A DNA stretch of 64,000 nt from Macrostomum lignano (taxonomy: Eukaryota), in contig NIVC01001411.1 in assembly GCA_002269645.1 (NCBI GenBank), positions 62,937-126,936 on the forward strand, read 5' to 3'. The translations under genes and the position numbers were made by a program. Shown here one piece after another: positions 1 through 33,625 of this stretch (the first letter of the stretch is position 1; the number at the start of each line of letters is the position of its first letter). The notes under the pieces were generated by a model. It made no database searches. It worked only from the letters and a program-made list of their open reading frames with translations, and was not told the origin of the DNA.

Positions 1-2166
1 TTGGTGAGCTACAGAATGTCGGGAGTCAAGAGACAGGAGTGACTCTAGCTAGCAGTGTGCGAACTTGGTGAGCTACAGAATGTCGGGAGTCAAGAGACAG
101 GAGTGACTCTAGCTAGCAGTGTGCGAACTTGGTGAGCTACAGAATGTCGGGAGTCAAGAGACAGGAGTGACTCTAGCTAGCAGTGTGCGAACTTGGTGAG
201 CTACAGAATGTCGGGAGTCAAGAGACAGGAGTGACTCTAGCTAGCACTATGCGAACTTGGTGAGCTACAGAATGTCGGGAGTCAAGAGACAGGAGTGACT
301 CTAGCTAGCACTATGCGAACTTGGTGAGCTACAGAATGTCGGGAGTCAAGAGACAGGAGTGACTCTAGCTAGCAGTATGCGAACTTGATGAGCTACAGAA
401 TGTCGGGAGTCAAGAGACAGGAGTGACTCTAGCTAGCACTATGCGAACTTGGTGAGCTACAGAATGTCGGGAGTCAAGAGACAGGAGTGACTCTAGCTAG
501 CAGAATGCGAACTTGGTGAGCTACAGAATGTCGGGAGTCAAGAGACAGGAGTGACTCTAGCTAGCACTATGCGAACTTGGTGAGCTACAGAATGTCGGGA
601 GTCAAGAGACACGAGTGACTCTAGCTAGCAGTGTGCGAACTTGGTGAGCTACAGAATGTCGGGAGTCAAGAGACACGAGTGACTCTAGCTAGCACTATGC
701 GAACTTGGTGAGCTACAGAATGTCGGGAGTCAAGAGACACGAGTGACTCTAGCTAGCACTATGCGAACTTGGTGAGCTACAGAATGTCGGGAGTCAAGAG
801 ACAGGAGTGACTCTAGCTAGCAGAATGCGAACTTGGTGAGCTACAGAATGTCGGGAGTCAAGAGACACGAGTGACTCTAGCTAGCACTATGCGAACTTGG
901 TGAGCTACAGAATGTCGGGAGTCAAGAGACACGAGTGACTCTAGCTAGCAGAATGCGAACTTGATAAGCTACAGAATGTCGGGAGTCAAGAGACACGAGT
1001 GACTCTAGCTAGCACTATGCGAACTTGGTGAGCTACAGAATGTCGGGAGTCAAGAGACACGAGTGACTCTAGCTAGCACTATGCGAACTTGGTGAGCTAC
1101 AGAATGTCGGGAGTCAAGAGACAGGAGTGACTCTAGCTAGCAGTGTGCAAACTTGGTGAGCTACAGAATGTCGGGAGTCAAGAGACACGAGTGACTCTAG
1201 CTAGCAGAATGCGAACTTGGTGAGCTACAGAATGTCGGGAGTCAAGAGACACGAGTGACTCTAGCTAGCAGTATGCGAACTTGGTGAGCTACAGAATGTC
1301 GGGAGTCAAGAGACACGAGTGACTCTAGCTAGCAGTGTGCGAACTTGGTGAGCTACAGAATGTCGGGAGTCAAGAGACACGAGTGACTCTAGCTAGCACT
1401 ATGCGAACTTGGTGAGCTACAGAATGTCGGGAGTCAAGAGACAGGAGTGACTCTAGCTAGCACTATGCGAACTTGATGAGCTACAGAATGTCGGGAGTCA
1501 AGAGACACGAGTGACTCTAGCTAGCAGAATGCGAACTTGGTGAGCTACAGAATGTCGGGAGTCAAGAGACACGAGTGACTCTAGCTAGCACTATGCGAAC
1601 TTGGTGAGCTACAGAATGTCGGGAGTCAAGAGACACGAGTGACTCTAGCTAGCAGTATGCGAACTTGGTGAGCTACAGAATGTCGGGAGTCAAGAGACAC
1701 GAGTGACTCTAGCTAGCAGTGTGCGAACTTGGTGAGCTACAGAATGTCGGGAGTCAAGAGACACGAGTGACTCTAGCTAGCACTATGCGAACTTGGTGAG
1801 CTACAGAATGTCGGGAGTCAAGAGACACGAGTGACTCTAGCTAGCACTATGCGAACTTGGTGAGCTACAGAATGTCGGGAGTCAAGAGACACGAGTGACT
1901 CTAGCTAGCAGAATGCGAACTTGGTGAGCTACAGAATGTCGGGAGTCAAGAGACAGGAGTGACTCTAGCTAGCAGTATGCCAACTTGGTGAGCTACAGAA
2001 TGTCGGGAGTCAAGAGACAGGAGTGACTCTAGCTAGCACTATGCGAACTTGATGAGCTACAGAATGTCGGGAGTCAAGAGACACGAGTGACTCTAGCTAG
2101 CACTATGCGAACTTGATGAGCTACAGAATGTCGGGAGTCAAGAGACAGGAGTGACTCTAGCTAGAA
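1..2166. repeat. 64-bp satellite, ~34 tandem copies (runs off the window start)
   Basis: Unit TTGGTGAGCTACAGAATGTCGGGAGTCAAGAGACA(G/C)GAGTGACTCTAGCTAGCA[NNNT]GCGAAC recurs every 64 nt and degenerates at ~2165. Confidence 0.97.
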
Positions 2167-4059
2167 TGCAAACATAGTGAGCGACAGGAGCCAAGACTAA
2201 GTTTTAAGAACTGCATCTTAGGAATGAAGGTTGGCTCTAACAGTACTTAGGCAGTAGCTAAGGAGTCTTAGAAGTTCACTTTTCTTGACGGCAATCCTAG
2301 TGATATGAGGAAGGTTTGTGCTGCTGCGTGTTAAATGAACACACAGAGTTGAAAGACACTGGGCAGAGATATTCATTCCGCATCTGTCGAAAGCAAGACT
2401 ATCTTTAATTTACGATTTTCATCTTGTTGAAGATCCCAGAGATTTTCAGGTCGTTGATGTAGGCGTTGACGCGGAAACGAATTTGGCTGACCGGTCGGTG
2501 ACTTAAGTGCGGAGTAACTAGGGGAAAAAATTCGCAAAAAGTGTGCCAGCAAATCTGCCAGCGATTGCAGCCGGTGAATGATGATTTAACTGTCATAAAA
2601 GAGGTTCCTTTTCCCGAATCACCGTTTCAAGACGGATAGCCGTACTGTCTGTTGCCGCGAGAGAAAGGACACAACGCGGGGCTTATTACGGCTGAGGCAA
2701 AAAATCATACCCAACGGCTTTGCTGGCTGAAATTTTATAAAAAGATTTCCATAGCACCGGCCCGCACTGTGGGGTCGGTGATTGCCGATCTGCAGCAATC
2801 TGAAGGCCCAGCCCGCAGGGACTGTAGCGCAGGGCATAAACACTGCACAATCAAGTCAGATGCGCCGACGAAGGAGAAACTCTCGACACTAAAAATGAAT
2901 CGAGAATGGAGGCTGTATGGCAAGGCTGCCCCCTGCGCATGTGGGCGAAACACAGGCTAACCATGAGGCACGCAATGACCGCCATGCGGTAGACAGCTGA
3001 GCCGCCCAAAGACGGTTGGCATGAAACTGTTTTTAAAGAAATCAATTTCACTCGGAATGTCCCAGATGTCTGCGCGAACACCGGTTCTTCCATGTCAAAC
3101 CATACCCCTAGTTTAGTCCAGCCCACTACCAAATCAACGAAAGAATCGGAGAGCCAGCGACCGACTCCAAGAGAAGAGAAGCGATTGAGACAGCAAAAAA
3201 ACACGAAAAACAGATGCTCAAATTTCGCTTTGAAGTGCGGCCCGTCTGCGAAGAAAGAGAAGGAGAAAAATAAACGGAGGAAAGTCGGGTAAGGAAACAG
3301 ACGGCCGCTGCTCTCTCACAGTCCAGCCAGCTGTGCAGGGCAGCAGGGCTGTGTATTGCTGCTGCTGCCCACCCCGAACCCAAATAGAGGAGGCGCTCCG
3401 CTCTCTCAGCCTGCTGCATGAATTGCAGCGCCGCATGCATCTGGCCGGCTCTGCCCGCCTCACTCCCTTGATTTCTAGAGAGACTTCTCCTTTCCACTGA
3501 GCTGGGACACTGCAGCACAGAGCAGCAGCAGCAGAGGCGGAGCATATCCCGCAGCTGTTGCTTCTATCTTAACGAGTGGAAGTGCTGAGTCGCCGCTAAA
3601 TTTCGAGGGGCTCTAAAAGGGTGCTCGTTAAAATCGAGATTGATAGACAGAATTCCAGTCTTTAATCCTGTCTTTGTAGAGACAAAGAACAACCGAGTGC
3701 CATAAAGTAGCCTCCTACCGACTTAAAAAAGAAGCTTTGAATAATTGAACAGGACTAGAATGAATCCAGAGAAAGGCTGAGTGTGGTCCTTGGCCAAGAA
3801 AATTGGAATTGGTAAACGGTCCATGACGTTTTGAGCAAACAGAAATCTCGTATTGCCTGTGTAATTAATGAAGAGAAAACTCTGACTATCTTGACTAGAA
3901 AGTGCACAGAAAATATTCATAATTAGCTCATTTTTCAGTGATTTGCTCACAACGCCAGGCTCCAGGCCGTCCGAAATCCCATGGCAGGAGACACGAAATT
4001 CGCATACTTCGGTTCTATGGCTGGAGATGAGAGATTTGAGCAGTGAGAGTAGAGCACAC

Positions 4060-4240
4060 GTGGTGTGGATAGAGCAGGTGTGGACTGCTCGGCAGAGAAA
4101 AGGAGTGGGGTGGAGCGGGGGAGTGTGTGATTGAGTGGGGAGTGTGGGGTAGAGCTGGAGAGTGTGGGGTAGAGCAGAGAATGTGGGGCAGAGCGGGGGA
4201 GCGTGGGGTAGAGCTGAGGAGTGTGGGGTAGAACAGTGAC
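4060..4240. repeat. Degenerate ~20-bp G-rich tandem repeat (GAGTGTGGGGTAGAGCTGGA-like)
   Basis: Repeated GTGTGGGGTAGAGC motif. Confidence 0.7.
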
Positions 4241-4329
4241 GCCGTGGGAGGCAAGCTGCTGTAAAATCAGCCAGGCAACCATCAAAGGAACAGAAAAGAC
4301 AGGTATTTTATAAAGAAAACTTTTCGTCA

Positions 4330-4685
4330 ACCTATCACCCTGTCTATTAACCTGTCCATCAACCTGTATATCACCCTGTCTATTAACCTGTCCATCAACC
4401 TTTGTATATCAACCTGTCTATCAACCTGTCTACTAACCTGTCCATCAACCTGTCTACTAACCTGTCTTTTAACCTGTCCATCAACCTGTCTATCACCCTG
4501 TCTATTAACCTGTCCATCAACCTTTGTATATCAACCTGTCTACTAACCTGTCTATTAACCTGTCCATCTACCTGTCTATCAACCTGTCTATCACCCTGTC
4601 TATCAACCTGTCCATCAACCTGTCTATCACCCTGTCTATCAACCTGTCCATCAAACTGTCCATCAATCTGTCTATCACTGTCTAA
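4330..4685. repeat. 12-bp minisatellite (AACCTGTCTATC / AACCTGTCCATC)
   Basis: About 29 tandem copies visible. Confidence 0.9.
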
Positions 4686-5345
4686 CTATTTATCTGTATC
4701 TAGAGTGCTATCAATATCCCGAACCCTGATGAAGCTTCCAGCTGCACATACCAGTGTGAGGGTCCGTTGACATGCCACAGCAGATCACAGCAGTCCAACT
4801 GCTTTATTACCAGATCCAAACGAAAAAAAGTTCAAGGTTCAGAAGTTCAGTGCCGCCTCTGAACCCAAGTCAATTTACGCGAATCAAAAAAGTTATAACG
4901 AGGATAAAAAGAAGCTGCGCGGTCCTCTGTGGAGGGTGAAAATGGATATCCTTTTTCTCCCGTTTCTTCCTTTGCGGCCCCTCCATCCCCAGAGTTGCCA
5001 GCCAATCACTTGGCCGCGGCACAAGTTCGACAGAGAGAGGGACGTCTGACCCGGCATCGATAAAACTCCTTGTGCGCCTTCTCCCGCTTTTAACCAATTC
5101 TAAACTGCGCTGGCTCTGCATCTTATCCCTCGAGCTTCTTCCCCTAGCCGTGTGTGAACGGATCAAGTTTTGACCTTTATGGGCTGCGAAGAATCTGCAC
5201 GACACGGAATTCCCGGAAATAACTTTGCCGGTTATTTTTTTCATGAAATTTCATACTTGCAGACTAAGTCAGCCAAGAGGGAGGCGGAAGTTCTGGAGGC
5301 GAGGATGTCAAATAATCGATTTAGAAAAGCAATGTTTCCTGACGC

Positions 5346-5747
5346 ACATGCAGTTTGAGTCATAGGCAGTCTGGCTCACATGCAGTTTGAGTCATAGGCA
5401 GTCTGGCTCACATTCAGTTTGAGTCATAGGCAGTCTGGCTCACATGCAGTTTGAGTCATAGGCAGTCTGGCTCACATGCAGTTTGAGTCATAGGCAGTCT
5501 GGCTCACATGCAGTTTGAGTCATAGGCAGTCTAGCTCACATGCAGTTTGAGTCATAGGCAGTCTGGCTCACATGCAGTTTGAGTCATAGGCAGTCTGGCT
5601 CACATGCAGTTTGAGTCATAGGCAGTCTGGCTCACATGAAGTTTGAGTCATAGGCAGTCTGGCTCACATGCAGTTTGAGTCATAGGCAGTCCGGCTCACA
5701 TGCAGTTTGATTCAGAAATAGTCTAGATCACATGCATTTTGAGTCAC
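5346..5747. repeat. 32-bp minisatellite CACATGCAGTTTGAGTCATAGGCAGTCTGGCT, ~12 copies
   Basis: Near-identical tandem copies; the last two are degenerate. Confidence 0.95.
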
Positions 5748-6700
5748 GACATCCTATATTTCAGAGTCAGAGGGCAATAAAAAATTCTCACGAAAAATTT
5801 CCAACCAAAATTCGCAGTTCAAATATAATCCGATATTCTTGGCGAGGCTCAGATGACTCAGAGAGCAAATTGACTGTTGCGCTTTCATAATTTCCTGTTG
5901 TTGATTCTATCGGTCTGCAGCGCTGTCGCCTCTGCGCTGCAAAACAAAATACTTCCTTAGTGAGACTCTTTTTTCAGCATTTCGCCCGGTGCAGCTGTGT
6001 AAGGTTCACAATCTCATAGATTTCCCTACCCAAGGAAAGGGTGCTTCCTGCTTCACTCCGTCATTAATTGAGCCATCAAACGATACAACTGATGTGCAAA
6101 GTGACATGCAAATCAAATGTCTCATAGGACTTTTCATTGCATACAGAAAATAAAGGGTCATTGATGGATCATGGGCGAGTTGAGGTTTAGTTTGCAGGAC
6201 AAAGTTTTGAAGAGCCCAAGTCCAGGTCCAAGTCGGAAACGGGATCCAGTCCGGGTCTTAATGGGCGATGTGCATCAAGTTGAGTGCGATGGTGCGATGT
6301 GCATTCAGTATTTTGCAAGTGAGCTCCTGCTAAATCCTTGTAGACCCAGCTGCAGTCATGCCGCAGTCCCCCAGCACTCAGTTTCGTGTGACAGCTCAAT
6401 TGGGCTAATCTGCTGCTCTCATATCGATGATGTCCAGTTCTGAGGGGGCAACCAAAGCTCAGAGCCCCTGTTTGTCATTCACAGTCACGCTGGGAGCAAG
6501 TGAAGGAGGGACAGCTGAAGTCTCTGTGATTGATAATCTCGGGGAATGAGACAGCTGCTCACGGACTGACAGATGGGACGGGGCTCGGGTTCGAGTGCGC
6601 AAGAGACTGGTTTGAGAAGATTTTGGGAAGCATTTGGTTGAGAGAGTAGCTATTTCTTGGTACTCTTAAAGACACTGAGACATGGGAGACAGTAAGACAG

Positions 6701-8759
6701 GCCCTGGGATTCCGGGGCACGCACGAGTACCTTACCCCCTGGATCATGTACATGGTCTCCTATCGTACTGCCACCTCCCACCTCCTGGGACACTCCCGCT
6801 CTGTGGAGGTCCAGAAAGGTGCACCGCAAGGTGGAGTCCTCAGCCCGATTCTCTGGAACTTGGTCATGGACGAGCTGCTTTGCAGCCCGCATCCGGATCC
6901 AGTTCAGAAGGTCGGCTATGCGGACGATGTTACCGCCACTGTGGCTGGACCATCACCCGCGGTCCTCAGGGACCTCCTCCAAGCCTTCAGCCACCGTGCC
7001 GAGCGCTGGGCATATAGCTGCGGTCTCAGGTTCTCTGAGTCTAAAACCGTGGCTATCATGTTCACCAGCCGCCGAAACTGGAGGATCGAACCGCTCTTCC
7101 TCTATGGCAAACCTGTTGCCATGGAGAACCGAACCAGATGTATGGGCGTCACCCTCGACCACAGGTTGAGCTGGACCCCACACGTCCAAACCAAAGCCCG
7201 CAAAGCTTTCGCGACTCTCGCGCAGATCCGCAAAGCTTTCGGTGCTACCTGGGGCCTCACCCCGCCGCCTCTGGTGATTTACACTGCCATTGTTAGACCG
7301 GCCATCTCCTTCGCCGGCTTCATTTGAAACAGTGCCCTAAAGGTGAAAGGGGTTCTTGAGGTTCTAAATAGGGTGCAAGGCCGCGCTTGTCGAGCTATCA
7401 TGAGCGCGGCTCCCTCTACGCCCTTTGCTGGCATGAACTCCTTCCTGGACATTCCCAACCTTAAGCTCTTTGTCAGAGGGGAGGCAATGAAAACCACCCG
7501 TCGTCTGCTTGACGCGGGTGTCCAAATCCAGAAGCAGTTCGCCTTCAGAAAGCGGAACCTCCAGCCGCACGGCGACCTCAGCCTGCGAGACCTGGAAGCA
7601 GCGAGAGGTCTGCTGACCCTCTCGGACGGAATCCCGTCCACGCTCTGCCCTTCGCTCAAATTCAAAACCAGCATTCCACCACGTCATGAAGCAAGGGACA
7701 ACTGGAAATACCGTGAAATCCACTGCTTCACTGACGGGTCCCAAATCAACTCCGCCTCTGACTACGGCTACTGCATCGCGTTTGGAGGGAGAACTGTGGC
7801 GACCTTCTCCCAGCACACCGGCACCTGCTCCACCGTCTTCCAGAACGAAGTTCTCGCCACCAGCTCCTGTGCCATTGAGCTGTACAATCAGTGAGTCTGA
7901 GGGAAAGAGATTTCCCTCCACTTTAACAGTCAAGTCCACGCCCTTGAGCGCACCACTACCTGCTCGCGTACAGTCCTTGACTTCAACGGGCAGCTCAACC
8001 GCTTAGACGCCTCTAACAAGGTGTCCCTAAGGTGGATCCCCGGGCACTCGGACCACCCCGGAAACGAGTCTAGCCAAGGCTGTCTCGACCGGTTCTTTTA
8101 CTGGTCCCCTGCCCGTGGCCCCCACCCCTGCCACCGTTGTCATCACTCAGATCAACCAGTGGGTGGGAGAGGTGGGCTAATGCCCCCGACTCCACCACGC
8201 ACCCTGTCGGCAATCCTGCGTCGCGGTCCCCCGTCCTTCCTTCGCCTCAACCGGACTCAAACGCAGGGACATCAGGGCGGTGACATGGACTGTTTAAACA
8301 GAAAAGTGTAGTGGAGAGCAGCAACGCTTAAAATACGGCTAAACTTTCTAAATATGTCTCCGGTCATGGCTGTTTCGCCAGGCATCGTCAACTCCAGGAA
8401 AAATCAGCAGTGAGGAGGCCCATTCTGCCTCTCCGGTGTCGAGAATGCGGAGCACTTCCGGAGCACTTCATCTGTGAATGCCCCGCCTTTACTCAGGACA
8501 GGCTCACCTACCTCGGCGCTAACCCGGACCTCTCCGACGTTTTCAGACCTGAGAACCTCTGCCAGTTCGTCCGCTACCGGGCGAGCGACAATCCACCTCC
8601 TGGACTCTCCGGAGGGGAACCGCGCTGCGGACACCGGCACCACCGGATCTCCCTGCGCGACACCGCAGCACCAGCTGCCCGTGGTCACCGGGGTTAGCCG
8701 AATGGGCGGCAACGCCTCCTCGCTGCATCCGGATGCACGGAGCCCCTTGCATCTAAGTC
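6701..8759 (+). mobile_element. 5'-truncated, inactivated non-LTR retrotransposon (RT C-terminal half + RNase H + C-terminal CCHC); R1/LOA-like
   Basis: Motifs: GAPQGGVLSPILWNLVMD and YADD (6746-7327); RNase H CFTDGS...TVFQNEVLA (7343-7894) and LRWIPGH...GNE (8021+); SGHGCFARH and CRECGALPEHFICEC (8360-8490). There is an in-frame TGA at 7325-7327 plus frameshifts. Candidate 7-bp TSD AAGACAG at 6694-6700 and 8760-8766. The clade call is from the motif layout only. Confidence 0.9.
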
Positions 8760-9250
8760 AAGACAGCAAGAAATGAAAGACAATGTGACTTGAGAGAAAG
8801 TGCGACACACGAGACAGTATGATATAAGAGACAGTAAGGAATGAGAGACAGTAAGACATGAAAGGCAGTGAGACATGAAAGGCAGTGAGACATGAAAGGC
8901 AGTGAGACATGAAAGGAAGTGAGACATGAAAGGAAGTGAGACATGAAAGGCAGTGAGACATGAAAGGCAGTGAGACATGAAAGGTAGTGAGACATGAAAG
9001 ACGAGAGACAGTAAGACATGTGAGACATGAGAGACCGTGAAATATGAAAGACAGTGAGACATGAAAGGCAGTGAGACATGAAAGGAAGTGAGACATGAAA
9101 GGCAGTGAGACATGAAAGGCAGTGAGACATGAAAGGCAGTGAGACATGAAAGACGAGAGACAGTAAGACATGTGAGACATGAGAGGCCGTGAAATATGAA
9201 AGACAGTGAGACATCAGAGACAGCAAGACATGAGATACAGTGAGACATTA
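8760..9250. repeat. 17-bp minisatellite GAGACATGAAAGGCAGT with higher-order blocks
   Basis: Tandem copies; the block GACGAGAGACAGTAAGACATGTGAGACATGAGAG occurs twice. Confidence 0.92.
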
Positions 9251-9740
9251 CGAGCTAAGTACAGTCCAGCAGAGAAGATAGAAGCTTATATTGCAGCAAC
9301 CATTATGCTGGCGCATAGCTCAAAAGTTTTTCACATTATTCAATTGTATTTCTAACTGAAAGCAAAACCTTTACAAAAGAATTCGAACATCAGGCGCTGA
9401 AATCGATGTTTAGCAGTTTGCTAAACTCAACAGAGCAGGGCTAAAATCTCGCGCGGCAGCGCAATTGGACCTGCGTACTTTTGCTTTAATGTTGCACGAA
9501 CGAGTGTGCAATCAATATAAATTTTACTATCAGTATAAATTGTACTATCAGTATAAATTGTACAGTTGTTCCAGTGGACATGGCGGCGTGCTGAGTTGAA
9601 CAAAAAATCGAATAGCTCGTACTCAAGATATAGCAAACTTTTTAATATACTGTTTGGAATAATAACATTGTAGAGCTTGTTGGACGATATAGACGTTAGG
9701 CTGAAAACTATTCGCGAAATTGTGAGTAGTAGGGATTCGG

Positions 9741-10286
<546 letters not shown>

Positions 10287-10291
10287 GACTG

Positions 10292-31466
<21,175 letters not shown>

Positions 31467-31964
31467 CCCGGTGGCAACCGATCGAGCTTGGCCGATTTTC
31501 GTGGCGGTTGCTTCAGTCCGAGCCTGCCAGAGTCGGCGTGGAGTTTCAGGATGGTGAGGCAGTTTTGTAAGACACTCCCATTGGCTTTCGGGGCTTTTAT
31601 ATAAGACAGACGAGGGAGAGCGGGGAGGGCGAGAAGAAGCTGGCTGCGCCCGTCGCCATCAGCCCAATCCCGCAGCTGTGCCAGCGGGGGGTCGCGAGCC
31701 CGGCAGATAAGCGGTTGCCGTCGACTCGAACTCTTGTCCGCCATCACTCCGCAGTTCACCCGAGCGGCAACAGAAAATCACAGAGAGCACTGCAGCTTTT
31801 AGCTTACAGACTGCCTTGTCTTTGGCTTTCGATGCAATTGGCTGGCTATTTCTTGGAGAGCTCTTGACCTCTGCTTTTGTCCGCTGCTGCCGCTTGTCTT
31901 TACAGGCACTCATCTCACTGTGCCTTGAGGACTGCAAGCCTGCGTCTGTGTTTCAGCTCCTGTG

Positions 31965-32550
31965 CTCTGAGATCTCTCTTTCAATCTCTCCTGAGATCTC
32001 TCTTTCAATCTCTCCTGAGATCTCTCTTTCAATCTCTCCTGAGATCTCTCTTTCAATCTCTCCTTGAGATCTCTCTTTCAATCTCTCCTGAGATCTCTCT
32101 TTCAATCTCTACTGAGATCTCTCTTTCAATCTCTCCTGAGATCTCTCTTTCGATCTCTCCTTGAGATTTCTCTTTCAATCTCTCCTTGAGATCTCTCTTT
32201 CAATCTCTCCTGAGATCTCTCTTTCGATCTCTCCTTGAGATCTCTCTTTCAATCTCTCCTGAGATCTCTCTTTCAATCTCTCCTTGAGATCTCTCTTTCA
32301 ATCTCTCCTGAGATCTCTCTTTCAATCTCTCCTGAGATCTCTCTTTCAATCTCTCCTGAGATCTCTCTTTCAATCTCTCCTGAGATCTCTCTTTCAATCT
32401 CTCCTTGAGATCTCTCTTTCAATCTCTCCTGAGATCTCTCTTTCAATCTCTCCTTGAGATCTCTCTTTCAATCTCTCCTGAGATCTCTCTTTCAATCTCT
32501 CCTTGAGATCTCTCTTTCAATCTCTACTGAGATCTCTCTTTCAATCTCTC
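31965..32550. repeat. 24-25-bp minisatellite GAGATCTCTCTTTCAATCTCTCCT
   Basis: About 24 copies. Confidence 0.95.
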
Positions 32551-33039
32551 AGAATAGCCCTCCCATTCCATGAGATTAATTTTTGTACAACACCGCATTG
32601 TACTTGGGCTGGCCACTCGAACCGACCCGGGTTACGACAACACCACAAAAGTTTTACATTACTTCTGTTGATAAAAAGGTGGAGAGCAAGCCTCAGCATT
32701 CATTTCGCACTAATTTGCCTCTGCATATTTTGCAGGTGCTTTCGCCAAGCCTGTAATTATCTAAGAAGGTAAACCAGTAACCAGAATCTTGCGGAGTTTG
32801 CGCGGCCGTTCCGAGTCTTGGGAATTTTATCCCTGTTCTTAGCGGACCCTCAGTAGATGGAAATTAAAAGGAAAAATCAAAGGTAAACACGATATCTCAG
32901 ACGCTGAGCTCTTTTTCTGTTTCGATTTCTGTCTTTCCACCTCCGCTGCTTTTTGTCTGGCCGATACTCTGCTCTTTGTCTGCTTTCGTCTGCCTGTTTG
33001 CTTTGACTCACCGTCTTCCAGAGTTTGTTTTCCTTCTTT

Positions 33040-33625
33040 ATCTCTCTCTCTATCTCGACCTAACTTCCCCATCTTCCCTCTCTTCCCCTCTCTTCACCTC
33101 TCTCCCCGGCCCTCTCTTCTTTCTCTTCCTTCACTACTTTTCTCTTCACCTCTCTCCCCTCTCTTCCCCTGTCTTCCCCTCTCTTCCCTCTCTTCCCCTC
33201 TCTTCTACTCTCTTCCCTCTCTTCCCTCTCTTCCCCTCTTTCCCCTCTCTTCCCTCTCTCCCCCTCTCTTCCCTATCTTCCCCTCTTTCCCCTCTCTTCC
33301 CTCTCTTCCCCTCTCTTCCCTCTCTTCCCCTCTCTTCCCTATCTTCCCCTCTTTCCCCTCTCTTCCCTCTCTTCCCCTCTCTTCCCTATCTTCCCCTCTT
33401 TCCCCTCTCTTCCCTCTCTTCCCCTCTCTTCTCTCTCTTCCCCTCTCTCCCATCTCTCCCATCTCTTCCCTCTCTTCCCCTCTCTTCTCTCTCTTCTCTC
33501 TCTTTCAACTCTTCCCTCTCTTCCCTCTCTTCTCTCTCTTCTCTCTCTTTCAATTCTTCTCTCTCTTCCTTCACTACCCCTTCTCTTCTTCCTCTCTTCC
33601 CATCGCTCCCCCCTCTTCACCTCAT
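33040..33625. repeat. CT-rich low-complexity / ~10-bp repeat (CTCTCTTCCC)
   Basis: Almost pure polypyrimidine on the plus strand. Confidence 0.9.

Noticed and set aside
1-2166. CRISPR-like array (conserved repeats with a variable segment)
   Set aside because: The variable part is only 4 nt drawn from four recurring states, there are no unique spacers or cas genes, and the context is eukaryotic.
3030-3295. Possible Penelope GIY-YIG remnant (KRREAIET)
   Set aside because: Only a 5-residue resemblance; no upstream GIY/YIG or RT motifs.
3126-3560. GC-rich stretch that could be an exon or a further protocadherin tail exon
   Set aside because: The protocadherin frame already stops at 10292; no consistent splice pair or recognisable domain.
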